DNA from: Gemmatimonadota bacterium
GTDB lineage: Bacteria > Gemmatimonadota > Gemmatimonadetes > Gemmatimonadales > Gemmatimonadaceae
Assembly (NCBI GenBank): GCA_031372565.1
Contig: JANMLN010000003.1
Location: 1 to 57,760, forward strand
Direction of reading: 5' to 3'
DNA: 57,760 bases
Shown piece after piece: positions 28,401 to 37,171 of this stretch. The notes under the pieces were generated by a model. The model was given only the letters and a program-made list of their open reading frames with translations. It did not search any database and was not told the DNA's origin. The position numbers and the translations under genes are program-made. How positions within the stretch are numbered: the first letter of the stretch is position 1; the number at the start of each line of letters is the position of its first letter.

Positions 28401-31400
28401 GTGGCCAACCCCTTGACCACGGCGACGCTGTTGCCCGTCAGCGTCACGCCCGGCGCGTTGACCGCGAGCGTCCCGTTGAACGTGGTATCGCGGTTCCCCG
28501 CGCCGTCGACGACCAGCAGCACGGGTTGCGTCGTCAACGCGATGCCGGATGCCGCGGTGGTCGACGGTGTCGTCTGGAAGGTGAGCGCCGCCGGCGTCCC
28601 GATTCCCAGGTTGAAGCTGCTCGACGTCGCCGCCGTCAGTGCGGCACTCGTGAAGGTGAGCGTGCGCGCGCCGGCCGCGCCGGTGATGGCCAGACCGCTG
28701 AAGCTCGCGATGCCACTGGCCGCGTTGACCGTCGCGGTCCCGCTCAACGTGCCACCGCCCGACGCGATGGCGGCCGTGACGGGCGCGCTCGACGTCGTGA
28801 TCAGGTTGTCGCTGGCATCGAGCACGCGCACGGCAGGCTGCGTCGTGAAGGCGAGCCCGCTCGACGCCCCCGCCGGCTCGGTCGCCACGACGAGCTTGGC
28901 CGCGTTACCGAACGTGAGCGTGAAGGTGGCGGAGGTGTCGGCCGCAACACCGCCGAGACTCGTGGTAAAGTCGAGCGAACGGGCACCGATCGTGCCCGCC
29001 ACGCTGATGCCGCTGAAGGTCGCAAGGCCGGCCGCCGCGTTGACCGTCGCGGTGCCACCGAGCGAGCCGCCGCCGTTCCGGATGGCGACCGTCACGGGAT
29101 CTGTCGAGGTGAGCACGCGGTTGCCGCTCGCATCGAGCAGTTGCACCGTCGGCTGCGCCGTGAAGGCAACGCCGCTCCGCGCCCCGCTGGGCTGGGCGAC
29201 CACGGCGAGCCGGACAGGCGTGCCCGCCACCAGCTGGAGGGCCGACGTCAGGTTCCGCGTGCCGTCGCTGAACGAGAGGGTGTAATTCCCCGCCGTCCCC
29301 GAAGCCGTCAGGCCCGCGAAGGTGGCCACACCATTAACGAGCGTCGCTGTCGACGACGTGAGCGTCGCGCCGCTGCTGACCGTCGCCGTCATCGTGCCCG
29401 CCGCCGTCGTCACCACGTTGCCGTTGGCGTCGAGCGCGCGCACGACGGGTTGCGTGACCAGCGTGATCCCCGCCCCGGCACTCGCCGACGGGCTCGCGCC
29501 CGGCGCGAACGCGAGTGTGGTCACCGCACCGGCATTGAGCGTGAAGCCCGAGGTGACCGTGCGCGTGCCGTCGCTGAAGGTGAGCGTGTAGCCCGCGGCG
29601 GTTCCACTGACGGTGAGCGCGGTGAAGGTCGCGACACCGCCGGTGATCGTGGCTGTCGCGCCGGCAACGGTGGCACCGCTCCCGATCGTGGCCGTGATGG
29701 TGCCGGTGTTCAGGCCGGTCAAGACGTTGCCATTGGCATCGCGCACCTGCACAACTGGCTGCACGGCGAGGGCAACCCCCGCAGTGCCGCTGGCCGACGG
29801 CGACCTGGTGAGAGCGAACGCGAGCGAGGCGGCCGCTCCAGGCGCAAACGTGATGCCCGGGCTGCCCGACGTGAGGGCGCTGTTGTTGACCGTGGCCGAG
29901 ATCGTGGCGAGGCCGGCGGTCGTCGAACTGATGGTGGTCGTGAAGACGCCAGCGGCGTTCGTCCTGCCGCCGGCCGGGAGGGCGACCGTGCCCACGCCCG
30001 CGGTGCTCACGACGACCGAGTCCCCCGCGACGGCGCGGAGGTTGCCGATTGCGTCGCGCGACTGGAAGGTGAGCGTGATCGCGCCACCGCCGGCCACGCC
30101 GTTCGCGCTCGAGGCGGAGATCGTGCTCCGTGACGCCGACGCCGGGCCGGCGACGAACGTGACGGTCGGCTGGGCGGTGGTCAGCGCGGCGCTCGCGACG
30201 GTCGCCGAGATCGTGCCGGTGCCAAGGGTCGTGGACGTGACGGTCGCGGTGTACGTCCCATTGCCGCCTGACACCGTCGAGACGCTCCCAACGGTGCTGC
30301 TGATGGTGACCGCCTGCGTGCCGCTCGTGATGTTGTTGCCGCTGACGTCCTTGAGCTGGACCGTGATGAGTGCCGACGCGACGCCATCCGCCACGACAGA
30401 GCTCGCGGATGTCGCGATCGTGCTGGTCGCGGCCGATGGTGCACCCGCCTGCACCGTGACGGCGGCACTGCCGACCGCGCCATTCACGGTCGCGGTGATC
30501 GTTGCCACACCGTTCGTCACCGCCGTCACGAGACCCGACCCCGAGACGGTCGCCACGGACGGCTGCAGGCTCGTCCACGTGATCACCGGGTTCGGGATCG
30601 AGTCGCCGAGCAGGTTCACCGCCCTGGCGGTGAGCTGCTGGGTGCGCGTGGCGCCGGCAATCGTGAACGCACCCGGGGTGACCGAGACGGACGCGGCGTT
30701 GTTGGTCACGCGCAGCTTCGCGGTGGTCACGACCCCCGAAATGCTGGTGGACGCCGTAATGATGACGTTGCCGGTGTCGATCGCGGTCGCGAGGCCGGAG
30801 CCGTCCACGGAGACGATGGCGGGAGCGCTGGAGCTCCAGGTCACCGTCGCGTTCGCGATGCGCACGTTGCGCGCGTTACGGACGTCGGCCGTGTACTGGA
30901 TGGTGCGCTTCCTGGCGGTCAGCGTGTCATCGCTGAAGTTCAGCGCGATCAACGCCGGATCGTTGCGCACCACGACTCGGCGCGACTGTACGCGCTGGGC
31001 ATCGAGGAGGCTGGTCGCGGCGCCGGACGCCGCCGTGATCAGCACGCCGCTCGTCGTGTCGGTGGCGGTCACGAGGCCCGGCTGCGGCGCCTGCGCGTCG
31101 GCCACCGAGACCTTGCTCGGGCTGCTGCTCGTCCAGCTCACCGTCGCACGGCTCAGCGTATTGCCTGCGGCGTCCTTGAGCACCACGCCCGGCTGGTAAC
31201 TGTCGCCGATGCTCGTGAGCACGGTGTCGGCCGAGGTGAAGCGCACCGTATCCGGCGCGTTCAGCACGGTCACGTCGATCTCGCCGATCTTGCTCGCGAA
31301 CCCGGCCTGAATCTTGACCGCGCCCTGCTTGAGGGCGGTGATCTGGCCGCTCTGATTGACGGATGCCACCGTCGGGTCGGTGCTCGACCAGGCGAAGGTG

Positions 31401-33682
31401 ACGTTCGGGATCACTCCGCCCGCCGGATTGGCGGCGCTCGCGGTGACGGACTGACCACGACCGACAGAGGGGAAGGTGATCGCGGCGTTGTTGTTGACCG
31501 TGATCGCACTCACCTGGTTGCTGGCGATGATGCGCAGCGTGTCGGTCACCGTCCCCGATCCGGACGGGACCGTCTTGGTCAGCAGGACGGAGCCGCTGTC
31601 GGTGTTCTGCAGCGTGGCGACGTCCGGGTTCGAGGCGATGGTTCCCACCGTCGCATTGGACAGCGTCCACGTGCCACCGATCGACTGCGCAATGGTGTCG
31701 CCGCGCGCATTCTCGGTCCCGGCGCGCACGACGAGCGACTGCGGCAGCGAGGTATAGGTGATCGTGCCGCGCGTCGACAGGATGACCCGCGCCGGCGCGT
31801 TGGTCACCGTCACCGGGATCGAGTCGGCGAAGGTGACGTTGTTGGAGCCCCGTCCCGCGGTCGTGGCCGAGGCGACGAGCGTCGCGGTGCCCTGCGCGAG
31901 CGCGATCACGACGCCCTGCGGCGTCACGGCGATGGGCGGGTTGGTCCCGCGCACCGCCCACGTGACCACGTTGCCGACAATCGTGTCGAGGCGCGTGTTG
32001 GTGACCAGCGCCGCGAGGTTGAGCGAATCCTTCACCGACGCCAGCGTCACCCCCGCCGTCCCGACCGGTGTGCCGTTCAGTCGATTGATGACGACCCGGT
32101 TCGGGTCATTGTCCACGCGCACGATGATCGAGTCCAGCACGCCGGGACCCGCCGAGGCGAACACCTTCGTGCTGCCCGGTCCCAATGCGGTCAGCAGACC
32201 CGTCGGATCGACCGAGACCACGCCTGCCGCCTGCACGGACCACGTGACCGACGACGCGATGACGTTGTTGGCCCGGTTGTTGACCGTCGCCGAGAGGCGC
32301 AGCGTGTCCTTGAGCGAGACGAGGCCCACCGCGCGCGGGGAAACCGCGACCGTGGCCGGCGGGTTCACGACCGTGTAGGCGAAGGTCTGTGTCGCCCCGT
32401 CGAGGCGCGCCGTGATGGTGGCCGTGCCGACGGCGAGGCCCTCAAGCGTGGCCTCGCCCAGGTTGGTGGCCGCGACGCGCACGACAGACGGCGCACTCGA
32501 CGTCCACTGCACGTTCGGGGTGTTGATGGCCGCCGAGAGCGAGTCGGTGGCGGTGACCTGAATCGTGTCGCGCAGCAGCGGCGCGAAGATCGTGCGCGTC
32601 GGCGACCCTCGGCCGATGCCGAACAGTGAGCCCAACTGACGGATCGTCACCGCACTCGAGTCGCCGATGTTCACGGTGCTGCCAGCGCTGCCACCCCGCG
32701 AGCGCACAACCGCGGTGTCGTTCGAGGTGGCCCGCGCACGCAGGAACAGGGTCCGCGCTACCGCCGACGGCTGTCCGGTCATCACGACCTTCTTGCCGTT
32801 GACGGTCAGCCCCGCCAGCGAGTCGATGTCGAAGGTCGGGGATCCGTTCGTGACGAGCGTGTCCACCGGCCGGCCGCGTACGTCGAACGGCGCCGCCGTC
32901 AGGCTGTCGATCTTGCCGAGTGCATTGAGCTGGAGGGTCGCCCGGCTCAGGCGCCAGCTCGCGATCTGCTGCTTGACCGTCACCGTGATCGCCACCGAGT
33001 CGAAGTCCGACTTCGCGAAGACGGTGGCCGTTCCGTTCGTGATCGAGGCGAGCCTGCCGTTCACGTCCACGGTGGCGACGCTCGGGTTCGTGCTGCTCCA
33101 GGTGAAGCCCGGGGTGCCGATGGTGTCCGGCGTGCCGAATGCCCGCGTGCCGAGCGCGATGGCCGTCAGCTGCGTCGTGTCGGCCACGGCGGACAGCACC
33201 GCCGTCGGGCGCGTCGTCACAACCGAATCGGTGATGCCGCGGACCCGGATCGAGTCGGTCGGTGCCGCGCCGCCCGTGTTCACGCCCGCCTGCAGCACCG
33301 CCAGCACCCAGACTCCGGACGCGGGGGTCCGGCGCAGGACGCGCAGGCTTGTGCCGCTCGTCGACACCGAGCTCGGGTCGCGCGACAGCAAGACGTACGT
33401 CGGGTTCTGGATCGGCACGCTGCTGACCGTCGCCTGGATGGGCAGCGTGGGCAGCTGATAGCCCACCGGCGCCAGAACGACCGTGTCCCTGGGGCCGGTC
33501 CCGATCGACACGCGTGTCAGACCCAACCCCGACAGATCAACCCTGACCTGCACGTTCGAGCCCGCGCCGCTCCCACCGCCGGTGTCCGACGGTTTGGTGA
33601 GCGGCTCACAGGTTGCCAGCAGCACGCTACACAGCGCTGCGAGACTCCGGAGTGAACGGGCGAACGGCTTCGGGAGGGGCAT
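22469..33682 (-). CDS. Giant Ig-repeat surface protein / putative adhesin (3737 aa)
   Basis: Uninterrupted 11.2-kb ORF; signal with possible lipobox LATC; Thr/Ser/Gly/Ala/Val-rich ~100-aa repeats: Big_2-type (WSSTNPSVATVD), then Big_1/invasin-like (VxDAxGN..GVxVTF; WTLGTTAGAN). Confidence 0.92.
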   Translation of the reverse strand: MPLPKPFARSLRSLAALCSVLLATCEPLTKPSDTGGGSGAGSNVQVRVDLSGLGLTRVSIGTGPRDTVVLAPVGYQLPTLPIQATVSSVPIQNPTYVLLSRDPSSVSTSGTSLRVLRRTPASGVWVLAVLQAGVNTGGAAPTDSIRVRGITDSVVTTRPTAVLSAVADTTQLTAIALGTRAFGTPDTIGTPGFTWSSTNPSVATVDVNGRLASITNGTATVFAKSDFDSVAITVTVKQQIASWRLSRATLQLNALGKIDSLTAAPFDVRGRPVDTLVTNGSPTFDIDSLAGLTVNGKKVVMTGQPSAVARTLFLRARATSNDTAVVRSRGGSAGSTVNIGDSSAVTIRQLGSLFGIGRGSPTRTIFAPLLRDTIQVTATDSLSAAINTPNVQWTSSAPSVVRVAATNLGEATLEGLAVGTATITARLDGATQTFAYTVVNPPATVAVSPRAVGLVSLKDTLRLSATVNNRANNVIASSVTWSVQAAGVVSVDPTGLLTALGPGSTKVFASAGPGVLDSIIVRVDNDPNRVVINRLNGTPVGTAGVTLASVKDSLNLAALVTNTRLDTIVGNVVTWAVRGTNPPIAVTPQGVVIALAQGTATLVASATTAGRGSNNVTFADSIPVTVTNAPARVILSTRGTITYTSLPQSLVVRAGTENARGDTIAQSIGGTWTLSNATVGTIASNPDVATLQNTDSGSVLLTKTVPSGSGTVTDTLRIIASNQVSAITVNNNAAITFPSVGRGQSVTASAANPAGGVIPNVTFAWSSTDPTVASVNQSGQITALKQGAVKIQAGFASKIGEIDVTVLNAPDTVRFTSADTVLTSIGDSYQPGVVLKDAAGNTLSRATVSWTSSSPSKVSVADAQAPQPGLVTATDTTSGVLITAASGAATSLLDAQRVQSRRVVVRNDPALIALNFSDDTLTARKRTIQYTADVRNARNVRIANATVTWSSSAPAIVSVDGSGLATAIDTGNVIITASTSISGVVTTAKLRVTNNAASVSVTPGAFTIAGATRTQQLTARAVNLLGDSIPNPVITWTSLQPSVATVSGSGLVTAVTNGVATITATVNGAVGSAAVTVQAGAPSAATSTIATSASSVVADGVASALITVQLKDVSGNNITSGTQAVTISSTVGSVSTVSGGNGTYTATVTSTTLGTGTISATVASAALTTAQPTVTFVAGPASASRSTISASSANGVAGGGAITLTFQSRDAIGNLRAVAGDSVVVSTAGVGTVALPAGGRTNAAGVFTTTISSTTAGLATISATVNNSALTSGSPGITFAPGAAASLAFALTRSPSASGTAGVALAVQPVVQVRDANGNVLTGLNTGTITATIGSGATVAGATATITGGVATFTALTVSGTAAGYTLTFSDGTRTVTSGFTLNAGAVTTLAFAPGASPSASAGAGITLVTQPVVRALDANGNVVTTAAGTMTATVSSGATLTSSTATLVNGVATFAGLTASGTAGNYTLSFSDGTRNLTSALQLVAGTPVRLAVVAQPSGARSGVAFTAQPTVQLLDASGNRVLTSTDPVTVAIRNGGGSLGGTATVNAAAGLATFSGISVAGTIGARSLDFTTSLGGVAADTSATFTLTFGNAAKLVVATEPAGASSGLAFTTQPAVRVLDASDNLITTSSAPVTAAIASGGGTLSGTATVNAASGIASFSGLAITGAAGARTLTFTSAALTAATSSSFNLGIGTPAALTFQTTPSTTAASGIALTTQPVLLVVDGAGNRDTTFNGTLAVNAPGVTLTGNSVAVVKGLATLSSLTLTGSAGSYTLTFTDGTRSVQSSVALSAGAAASLAFGTAPSASAGSGAALSAQPVVRVLDGALNLVTTATGTVTASIGSGASLTSATATITGGIATFSGLTATGTAGSYTLSFTDGTRSITSPFTLGAGAGTALAMVTEPAGANSGAAFGTQPVVRVLDASGNVATSYSGTVTASIGSGGGTLSGTAGVTVVNGVATFTNLSILGTAGARTLSFASGALTAVTSASFSLGAGVATQLAIITAPPATTANDAVLSTVTVQLRDASGNAVSNSGVTVNASIGSGGGSLLGTLSATTDPTGLATFTDLRLRGTLGSRTLTFASNGLTFVTSSGVNINAAGALAQIVLSQAPTSGPAIGAAFVQQPAVQLADVSGNAVSSSGVQVVASLFSGAGTLTGTTSVTTSGSGVAAFGNLGITGLLGDRVITFTAGSLTINSPTLTPVAGLPTTAVIGTAPVSVAVAATMGVSPSVTITDAGTNPVSGVTVTLTASGGVSVTGGATAVTNASGVATFTGVTLVGTIGTPTITFTSATGSATATSGAITLSVGAPSTMTIGTAPVSVAVATNMSVSPTVTVRDAGNNVLNNISVTATASNGVTVSAGNSATTNPSGVATFTGVQLTGTIGSRTMTFTAGAATATSSAITLSVGPAFAVANTVATSTVAVGTSMSPAPSVTVTDAGGNVVPSQLVTVTASNSVTVTAGGSATTNGSGVATFTGLQLSGSTGSRTLTYTAGTATQTSAAFNLTAGLSNTATINQVPTNVAVAATMSPAPTITITDAGGNTLSGVTVNVTASGTATVLGGGSAVTNGSGVATFNALQLTGTPQSTQLTFTAATGTATATASAITLSVGAPASVQIGTAPTDVTVATTMSPSPTVTVRDQANNLLSGITVTATASGGRTVSAGNTASTNGSGVATFGALQLSGSAGSVTLTFTAGTASATSTAITLGAGAPATVTIGTAPTNVAVATTMTPSPTVTVRDAGSNTLSGVTVTATASGGRTVSAGSTATTNGSGVATFTGLQLSGMVGSITLTFTAGTATVDATPITLSFGTATKLVLTQQPTSGQVGTVFSTQPIIEVQDVSNNVVTNSTVSVVGAIASGGGTLKGTDTRNAVAGVVTHTNLYVQGNTTTKTLVFTSSGLTSATTGNITFTVGSPDTLRAVGATFTDVAGAAHPISATVLDVGGNPVPGVTVTFNAPSAGSRSPTSAVTNGSGVAATTWTLGTTAGTQTLTASISSGSVTTAQWTATATAGAATQIAANSSVSQSATVGTAVSAPPSVIVRDANNNPKSGVAVTFTVTSGGGSTSPVSGSTVTTDVNGVATLTSWTLGTTAGANQVEATVTGLTGSPVTFDATGTAGAATQIAANSSVTQSATAGTTVSAPPSVLVRDANNNPKSGVNVTFTVTSGGGSTSPVSGSTVTTDVNGVATLTSWTLGTTVGANQVQATVTGLTGSPVTFDATGTVGAPTQISINAGNGQSATVGTAVTTPPSALVQDANNNPVSGVSVTFAVSGGGGSVLGGSATTDASGIATVTSWTLGTTAGANSLSATSTGLTGSPLSFTATGTAGAPTQIAVSSGDGQSATVGTSVTPTVIVRDVHNNPVAGVSVTFANLTGGGSVSGGGAATTNAGGLASVTWTLGNTAGANSLEASSAGLTGSPVAFSATGTAGTATQLVMVVEPSTVANAVAMSTAPSVRLTDAFGNHVSQSGVSVAVSVTAAGGTVTAVGSVMTDVSGVATFTGLTMTGLVGSKTLDFASTGLTGVTSASFSLTVGAATQIAANSSLTQSAVVGNAVGTAPSVIVKDAGNNPVSNVSVTFAVTVGGGGVVGGSATTDAGGIAAVTSWTLGTVTGANAMTATSTGLTGSPVTFNATGTVDVPTQITIDQAPVADNTGAFTQQPVITVRDQYGNAVGAGVSVAATLDPSAQTGALTGTATLSTNSSGQITWSLGLATVVTGDSYTITFTTGAIQVQTGPIVIPP
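24021..24648. repeat. Near-identical intragenic tandem duplication, 318-bp period
   Basis: gtgccggtcgcatcgaacgtgaccgggctcccggtgaggccggtgacggtcgcct begins at 24021 and 24339; high identity continues through the unit. Confidence 0.9.
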
Positions 33683-33762
33683 TACATGTCGAAAGAGTGG
33701 CCGGGCCAGTACTTAGACTGCCCCGGGGCCGTTATTCTGCTTCATGCACCTTTGTTCGGCAA

Positions 33763-33778
33763 GGTGATGAAGGTCACG
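33763..33778. promoter_or_regulatory. Imperfect CRP-family site upstream of the giant protein
   Basis: GGTGA-TGAAGG-TCACG; shares AAGGTCAC with the 22359 site. Confidence 0.45.
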
Positions 33779-33812
33779 AAGTATACCACCCCTACAGGTG
33801 TTTCGTCCAATC

Positions 33813-34412
33813 ATGCCGCAACTCCCGTGCCCAACTAGAGCCGACTCCCTCGCTTTGATGCACGAGTTCACCGCCTCCGACTCGCTGCGCAAGCATATGT
33901 ATGCCGTCGAGGCGGCCATGCGCGCCTACGCCCCCCTCCTGGACGGGGACGCCGAGCGCTGGGGCGTTGCCGGCCTCCTCCACGACTTCGACTACGAACG
34001 CTGGCCGAACGCCGCACACTCCGCCACCGAGGAGCACCCGGCGCACGGCGTCGGGATCCTCCGCGAGCGAGGCTACCCCGACGACATCTGCGAGGCGATC
34101 CTCGGCCACGCCCACTACTGCAACGTCCCGCGCGTCACCCCGATGGCCAAGGCGCTCTTTGCCGTCGACGAGCTCACCGGCCTGATCACGGCGACCGCCC
34201 TGGTCCGCCCGAGCCGGAGCGTCCACGAGGTCGAGGCGGCCGGCGTCCGGAAGAAGATGAAGGACAAGGGGTTCGCGCGCGGCGTCAGCCGCGAGGACGT
34301 AATCCAGGGAGCCGAGGCGCTTGGGGTCGATCTGGATCTTCATATCAGCACTGTGATTGGCGCCATGCGCGGGATTGCCTCCGAGCTCGGCCTGGCCGGC
34401 CCCGCAGCATGA
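33813..34412 (+). CDS. HD/HDIG-domain phosphohydrolase
   Basis: LRKHMYAVE, GLLHDFDYE, EEHP, AILGH and AVDEL motifs. Confidence 0.9.
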   Translation: MPQLPCPTRADSLALMHEFTASDSLRKHMYAVEAAMRAYAPLLDGDAERWGVAGLLHDFDYERWPNAAHSATEEHPAHGVGILRERGYPDDICEAILGHAHYCNVPRVTPMAKALFAVDELTGLITATALVRPSRSVHEVEAAGVRKKMKDKGFARGVSREDVIQGAEALGVDLDLHISTVIGAMRGIASELGLAGPAA

Positions 34413-34484
34413 CCCGTCCGGGAGACTGGTCTCAACGGACCATGCAGGTGGGACGTATGGTGAGCAGCTTCCTTAGTCCCCCTG

Positions 34485-35078
34485 ATGACCGAGAACACTG
34501 CCCCCGCCCTTCGTCTTGTGACGACGCCCACCGACGCCGCTGATCCGGCGGCGGAGCGCGCGCTCGTGCTCGACGCGCAAGCCGGGGACGAACGCGCCTT
34601 TGCCGCGTTGGTGCATCGGCACCAGCGGCGTGCCTACGCGGTGGCGCGTGCCATCGTGTTGGCGCACGAAGACGCCGAGGATGCGGTGCAGGATGCGTTT
34701 CTGCACGCGTGGCGCGCCCTCGACCGGTTTCGCCCCGAACAGCCGTTCGGAGCGTGGCTCCACCGGATCGTGGCCAACGCCGCGCTCGACGTCACGCGCC
34801 GTCGCAAGGTGCGCGACGCCGATGAACTGACCGATGTCCACGCCTCGCCCTTCCGCGACCCTGCGGAAGCGCGCAACCTGCGTGAGCGCCTGACCGAGGC
34901 GCTCCGCCACCTGCCGGTCCGCCAACGCTCGGTCCTCGTGCTGCACGATGTCGAGGGATTCCGGCACGGCGAGATCGGCACCATGCTCGGGATCCCGGAA
35001 GGGACCGCGCGATCAGACCTGCACCATGCGCGCGCACACCTGCGCGAACGCCTCGGTGACCTTCGGAGCCACACATGA
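34485..35078 (+). CDS. ECF sigma-70 factor
   Basis: DAEDAVQDAFLHAWR, FGAWLHRI and EIGTMLGIPEGTARS motifs. Confidence 0.95.
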   Translation: MTENTAPALRLVTTPTDAADPAAERALVLDAQAGDERAFAALVHRHQRRAYAVARAIVLAHEDAEDAVQDAFLHAWRALDRFRPEQPFGAWLHRIVANAALDVTRRRKVRDADELTDVHASPFRDPAEARNLRERLTEALRHLPVRQRSVLVLHDVEGFRHGEIGTMLGIPEGTARSDLHHARAHLRERLGDLRSHT

Positions 35079-35452
35079 GCAAGCGCCTGCAATTGCACCG
35101 CAACGGTGACGACGACGATCCACTCACCCGCCTCCTGCGCGCCGAGTACGCCGCGCCCGCGGATCCCGCGTACTGGGAGGCGCTCGAAGGCAAGATCACG
35201 CGCACCTTGCGTGAGGCCGATGGTCGGAGCGCCTACCTCGAGTTCATGCCGTGGGCCCGCTGGACGGTGGCGGCGGCGGCCGTGCTGGCGTTCACGGCTG
35301 GCGTCCTCGAGTGGCGCATGCACGAGGCCAACGAGCGCATGGCATACCGCAACGTGCTCAACTCGTCGCAGCCAGCCGCGAGGGCCGCGCTCGAGCGCAG
35401 CGAGCAGCCCGCGCGCGAGGAAACGCTGCGCTACCTGATGACCAACTACTAG
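35075..35452 (+). CDS. Putative membrane anti-sigma factor
   Basis: ATGA overlap with the ECF gene; one TM helix. Confidence 0.7.
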   Translation: MSKRLQLHRNGDDDDPLTRLLRAEYAAPADPAYWEALEGKITRTLREADGRSAYLEFMPWARWTVAAAAVLAFTAGVLEWRMHEANERMAYRNVLNSSQPAARAALERSEQPAREETLRYLMTNY

Positions 35453-35492
35453 CCGTTCGCCGGCCCGTCTTCCCCTTCGCATCACCACTGCA

Positions 35493-35867
35493 ATGCGTTC
35501 CCGCCAGACTGCCTCGATGTTCCTGCTCGGCGCCCTCCTCACCGGAGGGGTGCTCGGCTTTTCGGCCGACCGTGTGTTCGCCAACGGGCGCTCCGTGCGC
35601 ATGACCGAACCGCAGCGCGCCATGCGCCAGCAGTTGGCCAACCGGCTGGACCTGACGCCGGCGCAGCGCGAGCGCGTCGACTCGATTCTGGACGATCGTC
35701 ACCGGCAGATGACCGACCTTCTCAAGCCGGTGCGACCGAAGATGGACTCGATCCGGTTGAATGCGCGCGCGCAGATCCGCCGCATCCTCACCCCCGCACA
35801 GGAAGTCGAGTTCGAGGCGGTCCTCAAGGAGCTCTCGGCCGACTCGACCAAGGGCGGCCGTCGATGA
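35493..35867 (+). CDS. Spy/CpxP-like periplasmic protein
   Basis: N-terminal anchor; LDLTPAQ and ILTPAQ (LTXXQ) motifs. Confidence 0.75.
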   Translation: MRSRQTASMFLLGALLTGGVLGFSADRVFANGRSVRMTEPQRAMRQQLANRLDLTPAQRERVDSILDDRHRQMTDLLKPVRPKMDSIRLNARAQIRRILTPAQEVEFEAVLKELSADSTKGGRR

Positions 35868-37171
35868 CGCGTGTCCTGCTGGTGCTCGCGCTCGCCGTGC
35901 CATCGGTGAGCGCTGCGCAGATCATGGTGACGTCGACCCCCGACGTTCGCCAGATCTCTCTTGTAGAGGCCGTGAAGCTGGCGCAGCAGAACGCGCCACT
36001 CTCCGTGCTGGCGCGTGGCAGCATGCGCACGACGGGGGCCGCCACCCGCTCGGCGTTCGCCGCGTTCACGCCAACGCTGACCGCCTCGATGGGCGGCAAC
36101 AACACCACCGGGCAGACGTTTTTCCAGGGCAACCTGGTGCCGTTCACCGGACTCCCGTGGAACGGAACGCAGGCGATCAACGCCAACCTCAACCTGTTCA
36201 CGGGCTTTTCGCGCCTGAACGCGATTCGCGGTGCCCGCGCGGACGAAGAAGCCGCCGACGCGAACGAGCTTGCGTCACGCTACTCGGTGGCGTTCCAGGT
36301 CAAGCAGCAGTACTTCGGCGCGCTCGCTGCGCGTGAGCAGGCGTCGGCAGCGCGCGCCCAGCTCGACGCCGCCGAACAGCAGTTCCGCGCCGCGGCCGCG
36401 CGCGTGCAGGCGGGCGCCGCCACCAAGTCCGACTCGCTCCGCGCCGTCATCCTGCTGGGCAATGCGCGCCTCGCCCAGTTGACGGCCCGCAACAACGTGC
36501 GCGTGGCCAATGCGGCGCTGACGCGGCTCGTACAGTCGCCGGTGCCGGTCTCGCCGATCGTCGCCGACACCTCCAACCCGGCCGCCGTGGACGTCGACTC
36601 GGCCGCGCTGCAGGCGCTCGCCGAGGATGGGCCGGCCGTGCGGTCGGCGCGCGCACAGGTGGCGTCCGCCAAGGCGGGCGCGCGCGCGGCGCTGGGCAGC
36701 TACCTGCCCACGGTGTCACTCGGCTATTCGGTGTCGGGCAACAATCCGCAGTCGGAGTACTCGCCGGGCGGCAAGATGGCGTTCCAGAACGTGCTGCGCT
36801 TGCAGCTGTCGTACACGATTCTCAACGGATTGGTGCGCGAGCAGCAGGTGGTCAACACGCGCGTCGCCGAAGAGAACGCGTCGGCGCAACTGCGGGACGC
36901 GCTGTTCCTGGCGCGACAGAATTTCGCCCAGCAACTCGGGCTGCTTCGCACGGCGGAGCAGCAGATCGCCATTCAACGCACCTCGGTCGAAGCGGCCGAA
37001 GAGGATCTTCGCGTGCAGACGCAACGCTACACGCTCGGCGCCTCGACCCTGCTCGACGTGCTGACGTCCCAGACCGCGCTCAACCAGGCACGCGCCGCGC
37101 TGATTCAGGCGCGCTTCGACTATCGGATTGCCAAGGCCCAGCTCGAGCAGCTCGTCGGACGGGACCTGTGA
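35864..37171 (+). CDS. TolC family outer membrane protein
   Basis: Signal peptide; OEP repeats; RYTLGASTLLDVLTSQ. Confidence 0.92.
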   Translation: MTRVLLVLALAVPSVSAAQIMVTSTPDVRQISLVEAVKLAQQNAPLSVLARGSMRTTGAATRSAFAAFTPTLTASMGGNNTTGQTFFQGNLVPFTGLPWNGTQAINANLNLFTGFSRLNAIRGARADEEAADANELASRYSVAFQVKQQYFGALAAREQASAARAQLDAAEQQFRAAAARVQAGAATKSDSLRAVILLGNARLAQLTARNNVRVANAALTRLVQSPVPVSPIVADTSNPAAVDVDSAALQALAEDGPAVRSARAQVASAKAGARAALGSYLPTVSLGYSVSGNNPQSEYSPGGKMAFQNVLRLQLSYTILNGLVREQQVVNTRVAEENASAQLRDALFLARQNFAQQLGLLRTAEQQIAIQRTSVEAAEEDLRVQTQRYTLGASTLLDVLTSQTALNQARAALIQARFDYRIAKAQLEQLVGRDL

